DNA of 64,000 bases from Methylobacteriaceae bacterium (lineage in GTDB: Bacteria > Pseudomonadota > Alphaproteobacteria > Rhizobiales > Beijerinckiaceae), in NCBI GenBank assembly GCA_020638135.1, contig JACKJE010000016.1:925-64924 (forward strand), written 5' to 3'. The notes under the pieces are model-generated. The model did no database searches. It had not been told where the DNA came from and worked only from the letters and a program-made list of their open reading frames with translations. The position numbers were made by a program, and so were the translations under genes. Position 1 is the stretch's first letter; every line of letters begins with the position of its first letter. Shown in pieces: positions 59,808 through 64,000 of the stretch.

Positions 59808-59849
59808 GCCCTCCTCCGCTCGCGATGCGCGAGCAGGACGAAGGTTGCC

Positions 59850-61028
59850 CTATCGCGCCAGGCCGAACAACGGTCGAAGTCGCGCGCCGAGCGCGACGCC
59901 GGCGAGAGCGCACAGCGCCCAGACGAGGCCATGCGCACTGCCGGAAGCGAGGCCGGAGAAGAAGGCGCCGATGTTGCAGCCCGTCGCGAGACGCGCGCCG
60001 ACGCCCATCAGCAGGCCGCCGAGCGCGGCCGCCGCCAGCGACGGCAAGGGAATGCGCGCCTGCGGCGCATAGGCCCCGGCAAGTCCGGCCGCAGCCGCGG
60101 CGCCGAGCATGAGACCGAAATTCATGACCGAGGTGGAATCCGCGAACAGGTTTGCCGCGAGCGCGCTCTCGCCCTGCCAGAACGGCCACGCTGCGACATT
60201 GACGCCGATCGCGGCCGCAATCTTCGCGCCCCACAGGGCGAAGCCGTAGGTGATGCCCCACGGGCGTCCCGCGAGCACGAGCGTTGCAACATTGACGAGC
60301 GCGAGCGCGACCGCGCCACCGGCGAGCGGCCACGGGCCAGCGACGAGCGAAGCGCGCGCGACATCGAGGCCGAGCGGTTCGGCGGCGCCGTGACGCATGC
60401 GCTCGATCGCAAGCGCAGCCGCATAGCAGGCGGCGAGCGCGAGCAGGCCGACGGCGAGCGCCCATGTTCCGCCCAGCGTCTCGACCAGCGACCAGGCGCC
60501 GATATCGGGCCAGCTGCGCCAATGCAGCGGATCGGCGGTCGCAGCCAGCGATCCCGCGATGAAGGCGAAAAGCGCCACGATCATGCGCGAATTGCCGCCG
60601 CCTGCGGTGTAGAGCGTGCCCGAGCCGCAGCCGCCGGCCAGCTGCGTGCCGACCCCGAACAGAAAGCTGCCGAGGACGAGCGCAAGCCCGACACTATTGA
60701 CGAAGCCCGAAACGTCGGCGCCGAACAAGGAGCCCTGCGCCAGCGCGGGAAAGAACACGACAATGGCGAGCGCCAGCATAACGAGTTGCGCGCGGATCGC
60801 GCGACCGCGCCGGTCGACCAGCATGCGCCGCCAGGCGAAGGCAAAGCCGAACGAGGAATGATAGAGCGCGACGCCGGCAAAAAATCCGACGCACGCGAGC
60901 GCGGCCTGCCGCCAGCCGGCCTCGCGCGCGCCGAATATCGCGAGCGCGACGAGGCCCGCGACGGCCAGCGCGACGACGCCGGTTTGCGGATCGCGCGCTT
61001 TGGTCAGCGCGGGCGCGGCAAGGCTCAT
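59850..61028 (-). CDS. YeeE/YedE family sulfur-compound transporter
   Basis: Two conserved Cys motifs (LAGGCGSGTLY and LATGCNIGAFFSG) in a polytopic membrane protein. Confidence 0.8.
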   Translation of the reverse strand: MSLAAPALTKARDPQTGVVALAVAGLVALAIFGAREAGWRQAALACVGFFAGVALYHSSFGFAFAWRRMLVDRRGRAIRAQLVMLALAIVVFFPALAQGSLFGADVSGFVNSVGLALVLGSFLFGVGTQLAGGCGSGTLYTAGGGNSRMIVALFAFIAGSLAATADPLHWRSWPDIGAWSLVETLGGTWALAVGLLALAACYAAALAIERMRHGAAEPLGLDVARASLVAGPWPLAGGAVALALVNVATLVLAGRPWGITYGFALWGAKIAAAIGVNVAAWPFWQGESALAANLFADSTSVMNFGLMLGAAAAAGLAGAYAPQARIPLPSLAAAALGGLLMGVGARLATGCNIGAFFSGLASGSAHGLVWALCALAGVALGARLRPLFGLAR

Positions 61029-61516
61029 GGCGCGGTCGCCTGCGCCGCGATGGATGCAAAGATCGCATCGAGCTCGCGCGCGAGTTCTTTCAGCGGCGCG
61101 CCGCCTTCGGCGAAATAAGGCGCGAACACATCGCTCGGCAATCGGTAGGACAGGGTCGCATGGCCATCGGCGTTTTCGGTCACATAGAAGCGCACCGGCG
61201 CCTCGATGCCCGCGGCGAGGCTGGCCGCCAGCATCCGCCGCGCGAAATCGTTGCGGTAGACGCCGACGACGCGATTGCCCGGAATGACGATCCCCTGCGC
61301 CTTCGCGCCCTGCGATGCGCTCGCCGAATTGACGAGGTTCATCTTTGCCGCGTCGACCGCCTTGTCGAGGCGCGAAGACAGCGCGTCGAAGGAATAGCCG
61401 GTCGCCTTCACCGCCCAGCCCGGCCGCGCGGTCAATGGTGCGGGCGCGGCCACGGCGCCGGAAAGCGTCAGTACGACGGTCAACATCGCGCCGATGCGCA
61501 AGAAATATGTTCGCAT
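61025..61516 (-). CDS. DUF302 domain protein (secreted)
   Basis: Signal peptide MRTYFLRIGAMLTVVLTLSGAVAA. ...G.VIPGNRVVGVYRNDFARRML... is typical of DUF302. ATGA overlap with the YeeE/YedE gene. Confidence 0.7.
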   Translation of the reverse strand: MRTYFLRIGAMLTVVLTLSGAVAAPAPLTARPGWAVKATGYSFDALSSRLDKAVDAAKMNLVNSASASQGAKAQGIVIPGNRVVGVYRNDFARRMLAASLAAGIEAPVRFYVTENADGHATLSYRLPSDVFAPYFAEGGAPLKELARELDAIFASIAAQATAP

Positions 61517-61665
61517 GGTCCTCGCCTCACAGAGTGCGACAAGGACCGCTATAGCGCGCGATCGATCACGGGCGCAGTCACGAATGGGTGAAGGCGACGC
61601 GAGCGGGGCGCCGCCTTGCGCAAACAAGGCTCCTCATTCAGAGGGCCTGCCTCGAAATTCAGGAA

Positions 61666-61770
61666 CCCTCACCCTGAGCAGCCGCGCAGCGGCGTCTCGA
61701 AGGGTGGCCGGATCACGTGTACGCGGCCATGCTTCGAGACGCAGGCTTCGCCTGCTCCTCAGCATGAGGG
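61666..61770. repeat. inverted pair of family-1 structured repeat units
   Basis: Units 61666-61708 and 61727-61770. The second is the exact reverse complement of 1934-1977. Confidence 0.9.
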
Positions 61771-61802
61771 TTTCGGGGCTGCAATCAATTCACCCGGGCG
61801 CC

Positions 61803-63233
61803 TCAGGCGTCCAGCACCTTCCCCGGGTTCATGATGTTCTGCGGATCGAGCGCACGCTTGATCGCGCGCATCACGTTCAGCGTCTCCGGCGAATGTTCCT
61901 CGCGCATGTATTTGATCTTCGCCTGGCCGACGCCGTGCTCGCCGGTGCAGGTGCCGCCCATGTCGAGCCCGCGCCGCACGAGGCGCTCGACAAAATTCTT
62001 GGCCTTCGCGACATCTTCCGGATCGTTGGGGTCGAACAGCGGCCCGGTGTGAAAATTCCCGTCCCCGACATGACCGACGACCGGCGCGACAATGCCGATG
62101 CGCTCCGCATCCTCGATCGTCTGCGTCACGCAATCGGCGAGCCGCGAGATCGGCACGCAGACGTCGGTCGAAAAGCCCGTCATCTCGGGTTTGGCCTTCA
62201 GCGTCTGGTGCGCCCAGTAGACGTCGTGGCGCGCCTGCCAGAGTTTCGTGCGCTCCTCGGGCTTGGTCGTCCAGTTGAAGGGACCGCCGCCATTGCCTTC
62301 GGCCAGTTCCTTGAAGCGCGTCGTCTGTTCCTCCACGCCCTTTTCCGTGCCGTGGAATTCGAGAAACAGCATCGGCGCTTCGGTCAGGCCGAGCTTGGCG
62401 TAATTGTTGAACGCGCGCACGGTGAGCGGATCGACGAGTTCGATGCGCGCGATCGGCAGGCCGGACTGGATCGTCTCGATGACCGTGTCGCAGGCCGCCT
62501 TGATCGACGGGAACTGGCAGGTCGCCGCCGAAATCGCTTCGGGGATTCCGTAGAGCTTGAGCGTGATCTCGGTGATGATGCCGAGCGTGCCTTCCGATCC
62601 CACGAACAGACGCGTGAGATCGTAGCCCGCGGAAGATTTCTTCGCGCGCCGCGCCGTCTTGACGATGCGCCCGTCCGGCATGACCACGGTCAGCGCCAGC
62701 ACATTGTCCTTCATCGTCCCGTAGCGGACGGCGTTGGTGCCGGACGCGCGCGTCGCGCACATGCCGCCGATCGAGGCGTCGGCGCCGGGATCGATCGGAA
62801 AGAACAGACCGGTGTCGCGCAGATAATCGTTGAGCGCCTTGCGGGTGACGCCCGGCTGCAGCACGACGTCGAGATCCTCGGCGTGCACTTCGAGGATTTC
62901 GTTCATCTGCGACACGTCGATCGACACGCCGCCATAGGGCGCATTGGTATGCCCTTCGAGCGAGGTATTGGCGCCGAGCGCGATGACGGGCACGCCATGG
63001 CCGGCGCAGATCTTCACGGCGTCGGACACGTCTTCCGTCGATTGCGCGAAAATCACCGCGTCCGGCGGCTGGTTCGGCGTCCACGAGAGATTGTGGCCGT
63101 GCTGCTCGCGCACGGCCATCGAGGTCACCAGCCGGTTGCCGAAACGCGCGGCGAGTTCGCCGACGGCGACGTCGATTTCGGCCTGCGGCGGACGCTGCGT
63201 CAGCCGCGCGATGGCGGGATCATGTTCGGTCAC
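61803..63233 (-). CDS. FAD-linked oxidase (D-lactate dehydrogenase / GlcD-like)
   Basis: FAD_binding_4 pattern (VIALGANTSLEGH, YDLTRLFVGSEGTLGIITE) and C-terminal GTCTGEHGVG. GTG start at 63233. Confidence 0.85.
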   Translation of the reverse strand: MTEHDPAIARLTQRPPQAEIDVAVGELAARFGNRLVTSMAVREQHGHNLSWTPNQPPDAVIFAQSTEDVSDAVKICAGHGVPVIALGANTSLEGHTNAPYGGVSIDVSQMNEILEVHAEDLDVVLQPGVTRKALNDYLRDTGLFFPIDPGADASIGGMCATRASGTNAVRYGTMKDNVLALTVVMPDGRIVKTARRAKKSSAGYDLTRLFVGSEGTLGIITEITLKLYGIPEAISAATCQFPSIKAACDTVIETIQSGLPIARIELVDPLTVRAFNNYAKLGLTEAPMLFLEFHGTEKGVEEQTTRFKELAEGNGGGPFNWTTKPEERTKLWQARHDVYWAHQTLKAKPEMTGFSTDVCVPISRLADCVTQTIEDAERIGIVAPVVGHVGDGNFHTGPLFDPNDPEDVAKAKNFVERLVRRGLDMGGTCTGEHGVGQAKIKYMREEHSPETLNVMRAIKRALDPQNIMNPGKVLDA

Positions 63234-63364
63234 CTGGGCTCTCCCGAATTTGCTTTTGGCGTAATCTATCCCTCGGACTCCGGCGCGTCGAGAACGGACC
63301 GCGGGCCCCAAGGCTCGCGGGCGCCGCCCTCGCCAAGGCCGGCCTGAACGAGCGCAATCCAGCC

Positions 63365-63883
63365 CTACTTCTTCATCCGCAACGGCCCGGTGAAGTCGCG
63401 CTTGCCGATCGGCACGCCGCGCATGCGCAGCAGGTCGTAGGCGGTCGTCGCGTGGAATTGCAGGTTGGGCGTCGAAAACGACATCAGGAAATTTTCCACC
63501 GTGAACGGCAGCTTCACGTCGCGGAATTCGAAGAACATCTCCTTGCCTTCCAGCGCGTCCATGTCCTCGCGCGTCACGCCCTTCAGCATCGTGCGGGCGT
63601 CGGCCACAAGCTGCTGCAGGCCGGCATAATCCTTCGGCCCCTCGGCGCGCGGCGAAAACGTCCCCTTGCGCGCGCCCTCGATCGCGCCCTGCGAATGATG
63701 CACGACGGATATGACCTGGAAGCTGAACGGAAACATGTCCGGCCACAGCCGCCCGGCGACAACCTCCTCGAGCGCGCCCGGCTTTTCGGCGAAATGCACG
63801 CGCCCCTTTTCGAGGAAACCCGCAACGCCCGTCAGCGTCTGGAGGAAACCCGCGACGCTGACGTCGTAGAGTGAAATGGCCAT
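63365..63883 (-). CDS. DUF1993 family protein
   Basis: MAISLYDVSVAGFLQTLTGVAGFLEKG...F..H.TTAYDLLR..GVPIGKRDF is typical of DUF1993. 172 aa. Confidence 0.7.
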   Translation of the reverse strand: MAISLYDVSVAGFLQTLTGVAGFLEKGRVHFAEKPGALEEVVAGRLWPDMFPFSFQVISVVHHSQGAIEGARKGTFSPRAEGPKDYAGLQQLVADARTMLKGVTREDMDALEGKEMFFEFRDVKLPFTVENFLMSFSTPNLQFHATTAYDLLRMRGVPIGKRDFTGPLRMKK

Positions 63884-64000
63884 GGCGCGCTCCTTGCTGT
63901 GCGTTTCCCGTATGGTCGTGTTTACGACAGGCTATCGTCTCACGCGCTGAACACAAGCGCGCGGCCACATTGCGCCTATGACTTTTGGGACTATCGGGCG

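Overview
Visibly GC-rich chromosomal window that looks alphaproteobacterial (Rhizobiales-like), judged from gene content and repeat families. I could not compute composition or run searches. It holds about 60 protein genes and one tRNA-Lys(CUU). I saw no rRNA, CRISPR array, transposase, integrase or phage genes. Housekeeping blocks are the hemN 3' end, DUF2946-PCuAC-SCO copper chaperones, acnB, leuA, ilvI-ilvH-ilvC, pdxY and asmA. These are interspersed with catabolic and transport modules. The main candidate for a new system is an ~11 kb minus-strand gene string at 22.7-34.0 kb with overlapping start and stop codons. It encodes a complete corrinoid-dependent methyl-transfer pathway of the kind known from anaerobes: a URO-D-type methyltransferase I, a DxHxxG corrinoid protein, a pterin-binding methyltransferase II, a RACE-type reductive activase, a stand-alone MetH-activation-domain homologue and a MetV-MetF fused methylene-THF reductase. 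This is wired to a CYP199A-like P450, a MarR regulator, a LivK-type binding protein and an amidohydrolase. Other observations: a 2-aminobenzoyl-CoA/salicylyl-CoA type hybrid pathway cluster with a RidA gene (13.1-18.8 kb); candidate leader-peptide attenuators ahead of leuA and ilvIH; three families of structured intergenic repeats, one with compensatory stem changes; and a dense cluster of frameshifts (eight consecutive +1 frame changes in ilvC, plus one each in the next ABC ATPase gene and in a ComEA-like gene further downstream, and one in a thiolase gene) that needs read-level verification. Many long ORFs in the track are antisense shadow ORFs typical of GC-rich DNA and were not called.
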